This document shows, piece after piece, positions 46,544 to 55,792 of a stretch of DNA of 64,000 nucleotides. The stretch's first letter is position 1. Each line of letters begins with the position of its first letter. Under the pieces are notes generated by a model. That model saw only the letters and a list, made by a program, of their open reading frames with translations, was not told the origin of the DNA and made no database searches. Both the position numbers and the translations under genes were made by a program. Source of the DNA: Anaerolineae bacterium (lineage in GTDB: Bacteria > Chloroflexota > Anaerolineae > B4-G1 > DUEL01); contig JANXCY010000002.1 in the NCBI GenBank assembly GCA_025060135.1, positions 42,623-106,622 on the forward strand. Reading direction: 5' to 3'.

Positions 46544-47446
46544 GTGAACGGAGAAAAGACCGAACGCAGGATGAGCCGTCGGGAGTTTCTAGGCCTCTCC
46601 GCGCTGGGGCTGGGCATCTCCCTGATCGGCGCCCGTCCTGTGGCTGCGGCCCGCGCGGCCTCTCCTGACGAAGTGGCCATTCTCTACGACCCGGTCAAAT
46701 GCGTCGGCTGCAAGGCCTGCCAGATGGCCTGCAAGCGCTGGAACCGACTCCCTGCCGAGAGCACCGACCCGCTGGGCATCTACGAATCCCCCCGGGACCT
46801 CTCGGCTATCACCTGGAACATCATCAAACTACGGCGGACGCAAACCGGCTGGCATTTCTTCAACTACCAGTGCATGCACTGCACCGACGCAGCCTGTGTG
46901 GAAGTCTGCCCGACAGGTGCACTGGCCCATGACCCGCTGGGGTTCGTCGCCCTGAACCGGGATCGGTGCAATGGGTGTGGCTACTGTACTCAGTTCTGCC
47001 CCTACGGCGTCCCCCACCTGCGGGTGGAGAACGCGCTGACCGGAGCGGCGAAGTCGGCCAAGTGCACCTTCTGCCAGGACCGCCTCTGGGAGGGCATCGG
47101 AGGGCCTGCCTGTGCCGAGGTCTGTCCCGTTGGCGCACTGGCCTGGGGCCGGCGCGGGGAACTGCTGGAAAAGGCCTGGGCCCGGGTGGCGGAACTGCAC
47201 GCCCGGGGGATGGATGTCCGCATCTACGGCGAGACCGAGGCGGGAGGACTCCATCGGCTGAGTATCCTGCTGGATGAGCCGGAGCAGTACGGCCTGCCCT
47301 CTGCCCCGAAGACCCCGGCCTTTGCCCGGGCCTGGCAGCGGATCATTCAGCCGCTGGGCAATGTGGCCTTCGGCGCCGCGCTCTTGGGCATCCTGGGCGC
47401 CTTCCTCTTCGTCCGTCGGAAGATCCGCATGGAGGAAGTGAAATGA
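46544..47446 (+). CDS. hydrogenase-associated 4Fe-4S ferredoxin-type subunit (HybA-like) with Tat signal and C-terminal TM anchor
   Basis: SRREFLGLSALGLG Tat signal, four CxxCxxCxxxCP-type cluster motifs, C-terminal hydrophobic helix. Confidence 0.8.
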   Translation: MNGEKTERRMSRREFLGLSALGLGISLIGARPVAAARAASPDEVAILYDPVKCVGCKACQMACKRWNRLPAESTDPLGIYESPRDLSAITWNIIKLRRTQTGWHFFNYQCMHCTDAACVEVCPTGALAHDPLGFVALNRDRCNGCGYCTQFCPYGVPHLRVENALTGAAKSAKCTFCQDRLWEGIGGPACAEVCPVGALAWGRRGELLEKAWARVAELHARGMDVRIYGETEAGGLHRLSILLDEPEQYGLPSAPKTPAFARAWQRIIQPLGNVAFGAALLGILGAFLFVRRKIRMEEVK

Positions 47447-48162
47447 CCGTCCAACTGAAGGGCAAACCGGAGGTCGTAACGATTCAATGGATCCCTAAGT
47501 ACACCTTTATGGAGCGGCTGGGGCACTGGCTGCATACGGCCACTTTCATCCCCCTGGCCATCACTGGGATGATTCTGTACTTCCCGTTTCTGGAGCCCCT
47601 GGCCCAGGGGGAGGCAGGGCTGTTTGTCCGGCTGGTCCATCGGGTTGCGGCGGTCATTTTTGGCCTCCTCCCCATCATCTACTACATTGTGGAGCCTCGC
47701 CGGCTGCTCCTGCACATCCGGGAGTTTCTCCCCAGGAAGGAGGACATCGGCTGGCTGAAGGCCGCCCCTGCCTACTACCTGCTGGGTAAGCACGAAGCCA
47801 TGCCACCCCAGGGCCGTTTCAACGCCGGAGAGAAACTGAACGGACTGATGATGATCATCACCTGGTTCATTTTTGGCATCACCGGGGTGCCGATGTGGTT
47901 CGGCAAGGGGGTGATCCCGCCGGAGATTTTCCGCTGGCTGGTGGTCTTCCACGACCTGGCGATGATCGTCTCGGTCTGCATGCTGATGGTGCACCTCTAT
48001 CTGGCGGTGGCGCACCCGCTGATGTGGGCCGGTCTGGTGAGCATGCGCTTCGGGGTAACGTCGGCGGAGTATGCGGCAGAGCACCACGCGAAATGGTACT
48101 ATGGCCCCAAGCGGGCGATGGAGATATGGGAGGCAAAGAAGCGAGAGGGAGCCCATCATTAG
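47443..48162 (+). CDS. Ni/Fe-hydrogenase b-type cytochrome subunit (HyaC/FdnI-like)
   Basis: Four-TM cytochrome b with conserved His (ERLGHWLHT..., VVFHDLAM..., HLYLAVAHPL). Confidence 0.75.
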   Translation: MTVQLKGKPEVVTIQWIPKYTFMERLGHWLHTATFIPLAITGMILYFPFLEPLAQGEAGLFVRLVHRVAAVIFGLLPIIYYIVEPRRLLLHIREFLPRKEDIGWLKAAPAYYLLGKHEAMPPQGRFNAGEKLNGLMMIITWFIFGITGVPMWFGKGVIPPEIFRWLVVFHDLAMIVSVCMLMVHLYLAVAHPLMWAGLVSMRFGVTSAEYAAEHHAKWYYGPKRAMEIWEAKKREGAHH

Positions 48163-48306
48163 CCATTAACAACCACGAAGGACAGGAAGGGTGGCGCGGG
48201 CTGTTGGCTGGCATCTTGCGGGCCGGGCGGCCTGTGCTCCGTAATCCGGTTCCCTTTGTGTCCTTCATGTACCCTTTTTGTCCTTTGGGGTTGCAAGGAG
48301 GCCGAT

Positions 48307-48693
48307 ATGGCGAAAATTCTGGTGGTAGACGACGACCCGGATTTTGTTAACTTGATGCGGCGGATCCTGCGCGGGAAGGGATACGAAGTGGTTACAGCGT
48401 CCAGCGGGCAACAGGCGCTGCGCGTGATGCGGCAGGAGAAACCGGACCTGGTCTTGCTGGACATTATGATGTCCTACATCCTGGATGGGCTGGACGTGAG
48501 CCGGGAGATGGCGCAGGACCCGGAGTTGAAGGACGTGCCGGTCATCATGGTTACATCGCTGACCGGAGCGCGGGCGCAAGGAGTGGTACCTTCCGGGGAA
48601 TACATCCCGGTGGATGAATGGATTCACAAGCCGATCGACCCGGATCGGCTGCTGGCGCGGATAGAGGAGATGCTGGAAAGGAAAGCGGGATAA
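48307..48693 (+). CDS. single-domain response regulator (CheY-like receiver)
   Basis: KILVVDDDPDF...DLVLLDIMM receiver motifs. ATG 48307 preceded by AGGAGG. Confidence 0.85.
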   Translation: MAKILVVDDDPDFVNLMRRILRGKGYEVVTASSGQQALRVMRQEKPDLVLLDIMMSYILDGLDVSREMAQDPELKDVPVIMVTSLTGARAQGVVPSGEYIPVDEWIHKPIDPDRLLARIEEMLERKAG

Positions 48694-48796
48694 CGGGCTT
48701 GCCGATGCAGATGATGAATGCCGGGCACCGAAGAAGTGCCCGGCTTTTTCTGGGGCATAAGCGGGCCGGCGGCCATCTGGCCGCCGCCCCTTCCCC

Positions 48797-49933
48797 TCAG
48801 GGAGATACCGGCAGCCGGAAGGTGAAACGGCTCCCCCGCCCCAGTTCCGATTCCACGGTGATGCACCCCCCATGCCCCTCCACAATCTGCTTGACCAGTG
48901 GGAGCCCCAGTCCCGTCCCGCGCGGGGCGATTTCTCTGGCCTGAGGGGTGCGGTAGAACTCCTCAAAGACGCGCTCCCGGTCCTGGGGAGCGATGCCGAT
49001 CCCCGTATCCTCCACAGCACCAATGGCCCATCCGTCTCTTTCTTCCAGAATGACCTGCACCTGGCCTCCCGCCGGGGTGTACTTCACCGCGTTGGAGATC
49101 AGGTTGCTCCATACCTGGGCCATCTGGTCGGGGTCGGCCTGCACCACCGGACGGGCCCGCACGTCCACTGCCCAGGTAATCCCTCTGGCCTCTGCTTCCT
49201 TCCGGAAGAGGGGGGCGACCTTTTCCAGGATGTCCGCCAGAGAGACCGGTTCCCGCTTTTCCAGGCCTTTCTCGCTTTTGGCCGCTGCCAGTTTCAGGAG
49301 GTCGTCCACCAGGTCCAGGAGTTCCTGGACCCGCTGGGCGGCCCGTTCCAGCACCTCCTGTTGCTCCTCCGGGGGAATGTACCCTTTGAGGATAGCCAGC
49401 AGGAAACTCTGGAGGGCGTTCAGCGGCGCGCGCAGTTCGTGGGCGACCGTCCACATAAAGGTTGTCTTGAAGCGGTCCAGCCGCTCCAGTTCCGCTTTGG
49501 CCCGGGCCAGTTCCTGGGCCTCCTCTTCTATCTTCTGCAGACGTCGGGCTTCCAGGGTGAGCCGCCGCCGTTCCAGTCCCTGGGCCACCGTCATCCGTAG
49601 GATATCGGCGGTGAAGGGCTTAGAGAGAAAGTCGTAGGCGCCGGACCGAATGGCCTGGACGGCCAGTTCCACGGTGGCGTAGCCGGTGATAACCACACAG
49701 ACCACGTCGGGGTCCTTCTCCAGGATGGGCCTCAGAAGGTCTACCCCGCGCATGTCGGGCAGGACGACGTCCACCAGAACCAGGTCAAAGCGCCCCTCTT
49801 GGACACGGTGGAGCCCCTCCTGTCCGGTGGAAGCCGTCTCCACGATATATCCTTCCGGCTCCAGGGCCCGCCGACAACCGGCGCGAATACCCTCCTCGTC
49901 GTCAATCACCAGGATGCGCGGTGGTTCGTTCAT
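48797..49933 (-). CDS. hybrid receiver-histidine kinase (REC-HisKA-HATPase_c)
   Basis: N-terminal receiver (ILVIDDEEGIR...DLVLVD), H-box VAHELRAPL, G-boxes (GTGLGLPLV). Start likely at MNEPPRIL (49933) rather than ORF start 49996. Confidence 0.8.
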   Translation of the reverse strand: MNEPPRILVIDDEEGIRAGCRRALEPEGYIVETASTGQEGLHRVQEGRFDLVLVDVVLPDMRGVDLLRPILEKDPDVVCVVITGYATVELAVQAIRSGAYDFLSKPFTADILRMTVAQGLERRRLTLEARRLQKIEEEAQELARAKAELERLDRFKTTFMWTVAHELRAPLNALQSFLLAILKGYIPPEEQQEVLERAAQRVQELLDLVDDLLKLAAAKSEKGLEKREPVSLADILEKVAPLFRKEAEARGITWAVDVRARPVVQADPDQMAQVWSNLISNAVKYTPAGGQVQVILEERDGWAIGAVEDTGIGIAPQDRERVFEEFYRTPQAREIAPRGTGLGLPLVKQIVEGHGGCITVESELGRGSRFTFRLPVSP

Positions 49934-50053
49934 GGCGAGCATCTGGCACCGTTGGGTCGCACAGGCCGCCTGGCCTGTCCGATGCAGGGCCCCCATCCCC
50001 GGGCGACCAACGCGCGGCCCGGTGCCCGAAAGGCCGGTACGTAACGTCTGTCC

Positions 50054-52033
50054 TTACCCGATGATCGCTCCCTGAGGCCCAGGAAGGGGACGCCCGGTCT
50101 CTCCGACCCACCGCACGGGTAGCGTGAGGGTGAAGGTTGTCCCCTTCCCGACCTGACTCTGGACGGTGATCTGGCCCCGATGCATTTTGACGATGCCGTA
50201 AACAATGGAGAGGCCCAGGCCGGTGCCCTTCCCCGGTGGCTTGGTGGTGAAGAAGGGAGTGAAGAGTTTATCCATATGCTCCTCCGGAATGCCACAGCCG
50301 GTATCGGTGATAGAGATTTCTACCTGTCCGTTCAGGCAGCGGGTGGCAATCGTGATGGTCCCCGGCCCCTCTATGGCCTCCGCCGCGTTGTTCAGGAGGT
50401 TGACGAAGACCTGCTGTAACTGTGCGGGGTCGGCCTGGATGATACGTACCCGGGGATCGTAGCAACGGATAATCTCCACCCCGGCGAACGTGGGCTGATG
50501 CCGGACACTCTCCACGGACTGATCCAGCAGAGTATGTAGGTCTGTCTCCTGGGCCAGGACCTCCTGTTGACGGGCGAAGTTCAGGAGGTCGGCGACAATC
50601 TTTTTGGCTCGGTTGGCCTCTTTCAGAATCATCTCCAGGTCGCTCCGATGGGGATCATCGGGCGGAAGTTCCCGATGCAGGGCATCGGCGAAGAGCATGA
50701 TGGTGCCCAGGGGGTTATTGAGTTCGTGGGCTACGCCTGCGGCCAGTTGGCCCATAGAGGCCAGTTTCTCTTTGTGGAGCAACTCCTGCTGGGTGCGGCA
50801 AAGGGTTTCGGCCATGCTGTTGAAGGAGCGGCCCAGTGTGGCCAGTTCTCCGTCGCCATAGGTGAGCACCCGGACGGCCATATCGCCCGCTGCCAGTCGG
50901 CGGTGTGCCTCGACCAGTTCGGAGACGGGACGGGTGATCACATAACTAATCGGGACCGCAATGATGCTTGCCAGCAGGATACAGATAATGGCGATCAGCG
51001 CGACCCGCTGGTTGAAGGATTGGACCAGCCCCCGAAATGCGGCCTCGCGCGCCCCGACATACAGGATACCCACCACATTGCCCTGGTGGTCCCATAGCGG
51101 CTCATAGCGGGTGATGTACCATTCCTTGACCACGAAAGCGCGGCCGACGTACTCCCTCTTCTCTTCCAGGACGACCTGACGAACGGCCTGAGAGAGGCGG
51201 GTGCCGATGGCCCGGCGTCCTGCCTCATCCGTTACATTGGTGGAGACTCGCAGGTCGCCCAGGAAGATGGTCACGGTATCGATTCCAGCCACTTCTTTGA
51301 TCCGGTCCACCAGCGTGTAGTCGTTATTGAACATATAGGCGGAAAGAACGGCGCCCATCAGCTGCCCCGAGGGGTCCCGGAGAGGGGATACGCCCACCAG
51401 TGCCAGCCCCGCCGTCCCTTCCCGGGGATCAAAGGGTTCTGGCGCAGCCAGTGGGGTCTCTAGAAGCGGAATAAAGGCCTGGTTGTCCAGCCCCACCTGG
51501 GCCAGAAACTCTTTGGGAATGACCTCAGTGGCGGCTTGGGGCCTGCCCGTTTCCAGCACGGTACGGACGATAGGTAGATCGCCAAGGTGGCCCCGGGTGA
51601 GGGTTGAGGAGAGGCTTCCCTCCGGCCAGAGGACTTTGCCGACTACCAGGTTGCCCTGCGCGTCCAGGACGGCGATGAGGTGAGTACCGCCCAGGGCCAG
51701 AACGATGATTTTGTTGGTGATCTGGCGGTCAATAATCTGGATGGCCTGCGGGTCCCCTCTGGCAGCGGCGGCGAAATTCTCTACCACCCACTGGTCTAAC
51801 ACCAGCCGGTGGCTGATGGCCGCGACTTCGTCCAGTTTCAACTGGTAGAAGGTCTCGGCCAGTTTCATATCCCGTGCCACTCGCTCTGCCTCAGCGGAGG
51901 CCAGGTATTCATGGATGACGTGGGAGACGACCAGCGCGTTCAGCCCCACCGTCAGCGCGGCAATCAGCGCAAAGGAGACCGTCAGGACGATCCGCAGTTG
52001 TCCGCCCAGAAGCCCGAGAAAAAATGCGCGCAT
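50054..52033 (-). CDS. membrane sensor histidine kinase with large extracytoplasmic sensing domain and HAMP
   Basis: Two TM segments bracketing about 280-aa periplasmic region, HAMP, H-box (VAHELNNPL), N/G boxes. Confidence 0.8.
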   Translation of the reverse strand: MRAFFLGLLGGQLRIVLTVSFALIAALTVGLNALVVSHVIHEYLASAEAERVARDMKLAETFYQLKLDEVAAISHRLVLDQWVVENFAAAARGDPQAIQIIDRQITNKIIVLALGGTHLIAVLDAQGNLVVGKVLWPEGSLSSTLTRGHLGDLPIVRTVLETGRPQAATEVIPKEFLAQVGLDNQAFIPLLETPLAAPEPFDPREGTAGLALVGVSPLRDPSGQLMGAVLSAYMFNNDYTLVDRIKEVAGIDTVTIFLGDLRVSTNVTDEAGRRAIGTRLSQAVRQVVLEEKREYVGRAFVVKEWYITRYEPLWDHQGNVVGILYVGAREAAFRGLVQSFNQRVALIAIICILLASIIAVPISYVITRPVSELVEAHRRLAAGDMAVRVLTYGDGELATLGRSFNSMAETLCRTQQELLHKEKLASMGQLAAGVAHELNNPLGTIMLFADALHRELPPDDPHRSDLEMILKEANRAKKIVADLLNFARQQEVLAQETDLHTLLDQSVESVRHQPTFAGVEIIRCYDPRVRIIQADPAQLQQVFVNLLNNAAEAIEGPGTITIATRCLNGQVEISITDTGCGIPEEHMDKLFTPFFTTKPPGKGTGLGLSIVYGIVKMHRGQITVQSQVGKGTTFTLTLPVRWVGETGRPLPGPQGAIIG

Positions 52034-53890
52034 GGTGCTCCTACAGACTATCTTCTTCCGCGAAACGTGGCGATACTGACAACGGAGAATATATCCCTCT
52101 CCTCGCGGAAGGCGCGAAAAAGGCTTTCTGTCATTATGCCAGAAGGATAGTTCGTTAATATGAATATGCTTGGGTGTTCTCCGGTCTTTCCCTGGCTCAT
52201 GGTACCGTACCTTAAAGTTAAAGGCCGATTTGCCGCCTTTTTCAACATAAACCGAGTGTCATTAGATGTTGTGTGGATCAGGTCTGGGCCAGTCCAGGTT
52301 GTCGTCACTGAAAACCTCCTAGTTACGAAGATAGATCAGCAGGTACCTATGGATGATCTGCAGGCTCTCGTCTGAGGGGGGACAGGGCGGGGGATTGGGG
52401 ACAACAATCACGATTTCCTTCAGAGATAAGTGCCGCTGTCCTTGGAGCGCCTCGTACACGAGAAGCCCTGAAGGGATCAAACGTCCTCCGCTGCGGAAAT
52501 CCACCGCTTCTACAATCAAAACCGCCCCCGGAGGAAGCCAATTCCAACTCCGTTGCGCAAGATGGACCACAAGGCCGCGATATCCGACAAATCTGGATTC
52601 GGTCATTGGGGGAGGAGGACAGCGGATGAAGAGAGTATCTGCAGGGGGTTCATCCAATGGCCATTCTTCTTTCTCGCCATACCGTACTTCCAGAAAATGG
52701 CCTCCGCTGCAAAACCGTTGAATCAGGTTGCGTCGCATCTCGGCATCCAGTTGGTCTTCAGGGAAAATCCAGACCGTAGTGGTTTCCAGATTTTCCTTTT
52801 TCGCTTCAGGGACTGCTTCCCGATGTAGCCAGCAGGACGGGCTTTCTTCCCAGAGAGGCAATTGTTCCCGAATCTCTCCAATCAAAGGTTTTTCAAAGAT
52901 CGGCAAATATTCGTGCGCCAACAATAGGAAGTTGTGCTGGATGCTCCGTGTGTACCAGAAGCCGGTTGTCCTGCAGTTATGCTGCCGCTTGATCACCAGT
53001 TCTTTCAGCACAAGACCGGTATCCAGAAAGACCCGGATGGTTTGGAACCCGATGGGAATCACGTTTTTTGATCTCCGGGCGTCTCCCACGAGGATGGCAC
53101 ATTTGCCACCAGGTTTCAAGACCCTCAGGCTTTCCTGCGCGACTTTTCGCATTTCCCGCAGAAAATCTGGCACTGAGAGCGCAGAGAGGTCGCCGGGTAT
53201 TCGGGTACTGTACCGGATAATTCCCGCGTAGGGCGGGTGAGCACAGATCAGGTCCACCGAATTATCTGGTATGTCGGAGAGGTCCCGAGCATCTCCAATC
53301 CTGACTTCGGGATCGTATATTACCGGTTCCGCCTCTGCTGTCAACGAGCGAGGTGGCGAAAATCTGAGATTTTCCAAGGTTATCCCGACTGCTCCGGGAT
53401 TGATGTCTCTGGCAATACAGCGGCGGCCTAGCAGTTTGGCCTCAACAGCCGTAGTCCCCCCACCCACAAAATAATCCAGCACCAGGTCGCCCGGCCTGGA
53501 GTACTTCAGAATGACATTGCGAGGGATATAAGGAGACCAATTTCCCCGATAGCGTCCATTATGGGTGGCCCAGTCGCCGCGCTGTTTAAAACTCCACACG
53601 GTAGTGGTCTCTTCCTGGAACGAGCGGGGTTCCCAGCGTTTGATCGTTTTGGAGCGCTGGAGCACGCTGATATTCGCTCCATAGGCCTCGGTAATGATTT
53701 GTTGAAGGGTGTTGAAGGAGATACCGTACCGCGCGCCAATTTCCGGGTCGGAAATCCCGCGCTCTTTGTCCGTCAGCACCGCCCGCTTGAATGCTGCCTC
53801 TCCGTGCATCTGGAGAATGTGCGGACGCAACGGCCCTTCTATCCGCAACTCGCAAATCGGGCACCGAAAAACCATCAGCTCTCCCATCCC
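52034..53890. other. low-GC islet (roughly 50-55% GC against about 65% background) carrying the methyltransferase gene
   Basis: Visibly A/T-richer codon third positions and AT-rich flank 52034-52318 compared with neighbours. Judged by eye, not computed. Confidence 0.5.
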
Positions 53891-53983
53891 ATTACCCCCA
53901 AGAGGGTACGGCTCATTCCGATCTCCGCACCTCCGCATCCTCTGCGGTGAAAAGCGGAACCGCCCCCCGTTTTCTACGTCCAA
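52319..53983 (-). CDS. SAM-dependent N6-adenine/N4-cytosine-type methyltransferase (motif I FVGGGTT then motif IV HPPY) with N-terminal zinc-ribbon + HTH and large C-terminal domain
   Basis: DYFVGGGTTAVEAKLLGRRCIARDINP and CAHPPYAGII. N-terminal FRCPICEL and a sigma-70 region-4-like HTH (GISDPEIGARYGISFNTLQQII). Start probably MGELMVF at 53887. Confidence 0.6.
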   Translation of the reverse strand: MDVENGGRFRFSPQRMRRCGDRNEPYPLGGNGMGELMVFRCPICELRIEGPLRPHILQMHGEAAFKRAVLTDKERGISDPEIGARYGISFNTLQQIITEAYGANISVLQRSKTIKRWEPRSFQEETTTVWSFKQRGDWATHNGRYRGNWSPYIPRNVILKYSRPGDLVLDYFVGGGTTAVEAKLLGRRCIARDINPGAVGITLENLRFSPPRSLTAEAEPVIYDPEVRIGDARDLSDIPDNSVDLICAHPPYAGIIRYSTRIPGDLSALSVPDFLREMRKVAQESLRVLKPGGKCAILVGDARRSKNVIPIGFQTIRVFLDTGLVLKELVIKRQHNCRTTGFWYTRSIQHNFLLLAHEYLPIFEKPLIGEIREQLPLWEESPSCWLHREAVPEAKKENLETTTVWIFPEDQLDAEMRRNLIQRFCSGGHFLEVRYGEKEEWPLDEPPADTLFIRCPPPPMTESRFVGYRGLVVHLAQRSWNWLPPGAVLIVEAVDFRSGGRLIPSGLLVYEALQGQRHLSLKEIVIVVPNPPPCPPSDESLQIIHRYLLIYLRN

Positions 53984-53986
53984 TCT

Positions 53987-55126
53987 TTACCCCAGGGGCA
54001 AGGTGAAGCGAAAGGTGCTCCCCCGACCGACCTCCGATTCTACCTCAATAGTCCCCCCGTACATTTCCACCACCTGCCGGACGATGGGCAAGCCCAGGCC
54101 GGTACCCGTCTCCTGTAACCGCTTCCCCTCTTCGGTCCGGTAGAACTCCTCAAAGATGCGGGGGATTTCATCGGCCGGAATGCCAATGCCGGTATCAGAG
54201 ACCGCGCCAACAGCCAGACCGCGCTCCCGGTCCACCGCCAGCGAAACGGTTACCCGGCCGCCGGAGGGGGTGTAACGGATGGCGTTATCTATCAGATGGA
54301 TCAGGAGGGCCCGGATGTGGTCCGGGTTGGCCCGCACCCGGGGGGAATCCTGCACGTCCACCTCCAGGGCCACCCCCTGCCGCTCCGCGCGCGGCCTCAG
54401 GGCCGCCAGCACGCCCTCCAGTATTTCCTCCAGGGAGATAACCTCCACCCGGCTGAGGCCAATGCCCTCCTTCAGGTGGGCCAGGAGCAGGAGGTCGTCC
54501 AGCGTAGCGAGCAGTTCGCCCGCCCGCGCCTCCGCCCGGGCCAGCACCTCTGGCTGTTCCTCCGGAGGGATGTAGCCTTTCCGGATCCACTGGAGGGTGT
54601 TCTGAAGGACCGCCACGGGCGCCCGAAGGATGTGGACCAGGGTGAGCATAAAGCGGCCTTCCACCGCTTCCAGTTTTTGCAGTTCCGCTTTGGCCCGGGC
54701 CAGTTCACGGGCCTCTTCCTCCAGGGCCCGAAGCCGTTCCGCCTCCCGGCGCAGGGCCCGCCGCTCCAGTTCCCGGTGGACCACCTGAAGGAGCTGGTCG
54801 GCGGAGAAAGGCTTGGCGATAAAGTCGTGGGCACCTTCGCGAATGGCCTGGACGGCCAGTTCCACGGTGGCGTAGCCAGTAATGATGATACAGATCAGGT
54901 CAGGGTCCATCTGGCGGGCCTGGCGGAGGACTTCGATACCACTCATACCGGGCATCATAATGTCCAGGAGGAGGACATCATAGCGGGCTTCCCGGAGTTG
55001 GCGCAGACCCATGGGGCCGTTCTCCGCCACGTCCACGTCAAACCCTTGGGGGACCAGCACCCGTCGGCAGCCTTCCCGGATGCCGACCTCGTCATCCACC
55101 ACCAGAATGCGACAGGGGATACTCAT
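53987..55126 (-). CDS. hybrid receiver-histidine kinase (REC-HisKA-HATPase_c), paralog of 48797-49933
   Basis: Same architecture and collinear similarity to the other hybrid (ILVVDDEVGIREGCRRVL..., ITGYATVELAVQAIR..., EEFYRT...GTGLGLPIV). Start moved to the internal ATG at 55126 so as not to overlap mobA. Confidence 0.8.
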   Translation of the reverse strand: MSIPCRILVVDDEVGIREGCRRVLVPQGFDVDVAENGPMGLRQLREARYDVLLLDIMMPGMSGIEVLRQARQMDPDLICIIITGYATVELAVQAIREGAHDFIAKPFSADQLLQVVHRELERRALRREAERLRALEEEARELARAKAELQKLEAVEGRFMLTLVHILRAPVAVLQNTLQWIRKGYIPPEEQPEVLARAEARAGELLATLDDLLLLAHLKEGIGLSRVEVISLEEILEGVLAALRPRAERQGVALEVDVQDSPRVRANPDHIRALLIHLIDNAIRYTPSGGRVTVSLAVDRERGLAVGAVSDTGIGIPADEIPRIFEEFYRTEEGKRLQETGTGLGLPIVRQVVEMYGGTIEVESEVGRGSTFRFTLPLG

Positions 55127-55737
55127 CGGGCCCGCTCCACTTCCGCCAGCAGGGACTCCCAATCCTGAGGCGTATTCACGTTCCGAAAGGAGCGGAGGCC
55201 CGGGTCCAAGGCCTCTGCCTCCTCCCGCGCGATGTACCGGACCCGGACGTAGGGGAAAAACGAGATAATGCGCTGCTGGCCGGCCCGAATGACCGCTTCC
55301 ATCGCCGGGAGGCAGGTCCGCCGGTAGGCGGCGTGGAGCGTTTCCACCTGCTCGCCTCGCCGGAGTGCGACCACGTCGTATCCCTCTGCCCAGACGACGA
55401 AGGCCCGCAGGAGGGCCGGATTCAGGAAGGGCATGTCGCAGCCAACGGCCAGGATCAGGTCGTGCTGGGCGGCGCGGAGCCCGGCATGCAGACCGCCCAG
55501 CACCCCCACGCCAGGAAAGACGTCAGGCACCACCCGGGTGCCCAGGCCCGCGTATCGGGAGACGTCGCTGGCGACGATCAGGACCTCCTGGCAGAGTTCT
55601 GCCATCCGGTCCAGAACGTGGAGAATCAGCGGACGGCCAGCCAGTTCCAGGAACGCTTTGTCTTTACCCATCCGACGACTGGCCCCACCCGCCAGAACCA
55701 CCCCCGTTACCGGCCAGCGGAACCCCGCCGTATGCAT
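55123..55737 (-). CDS. mobA: molybdenum cofactor guanylyltransferase
   Basis: GVVLAGGASRRMG...DKAFL and LILAVGCDMPFL MobA motifs. Confidence 0.8.
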   Translation of the reverse strand: MHTAGFRWPVTGVVLAGGASRRMGKDKAFLELAGRPLILHVLDRMAELCQEVLIVASDVSRYAGLGTRVVPDVFPGVGVLGGLHAGLRAAQHDLILAVGCDMPFLNPALLRAFVVWAEGYDVVALRRGEQVETLHAAYRRTCLPAMEAVIRAGQQRIISFFPYVRVRYIAREEAEALDPGLRSFRNVNTPQDWESLLAEVERAR

Positions 55738-55792
55738 AGTAGGAGTGAGGACCTCTTCGTAGTACCTGCGTGAATAGATTGGGGATACGCTG

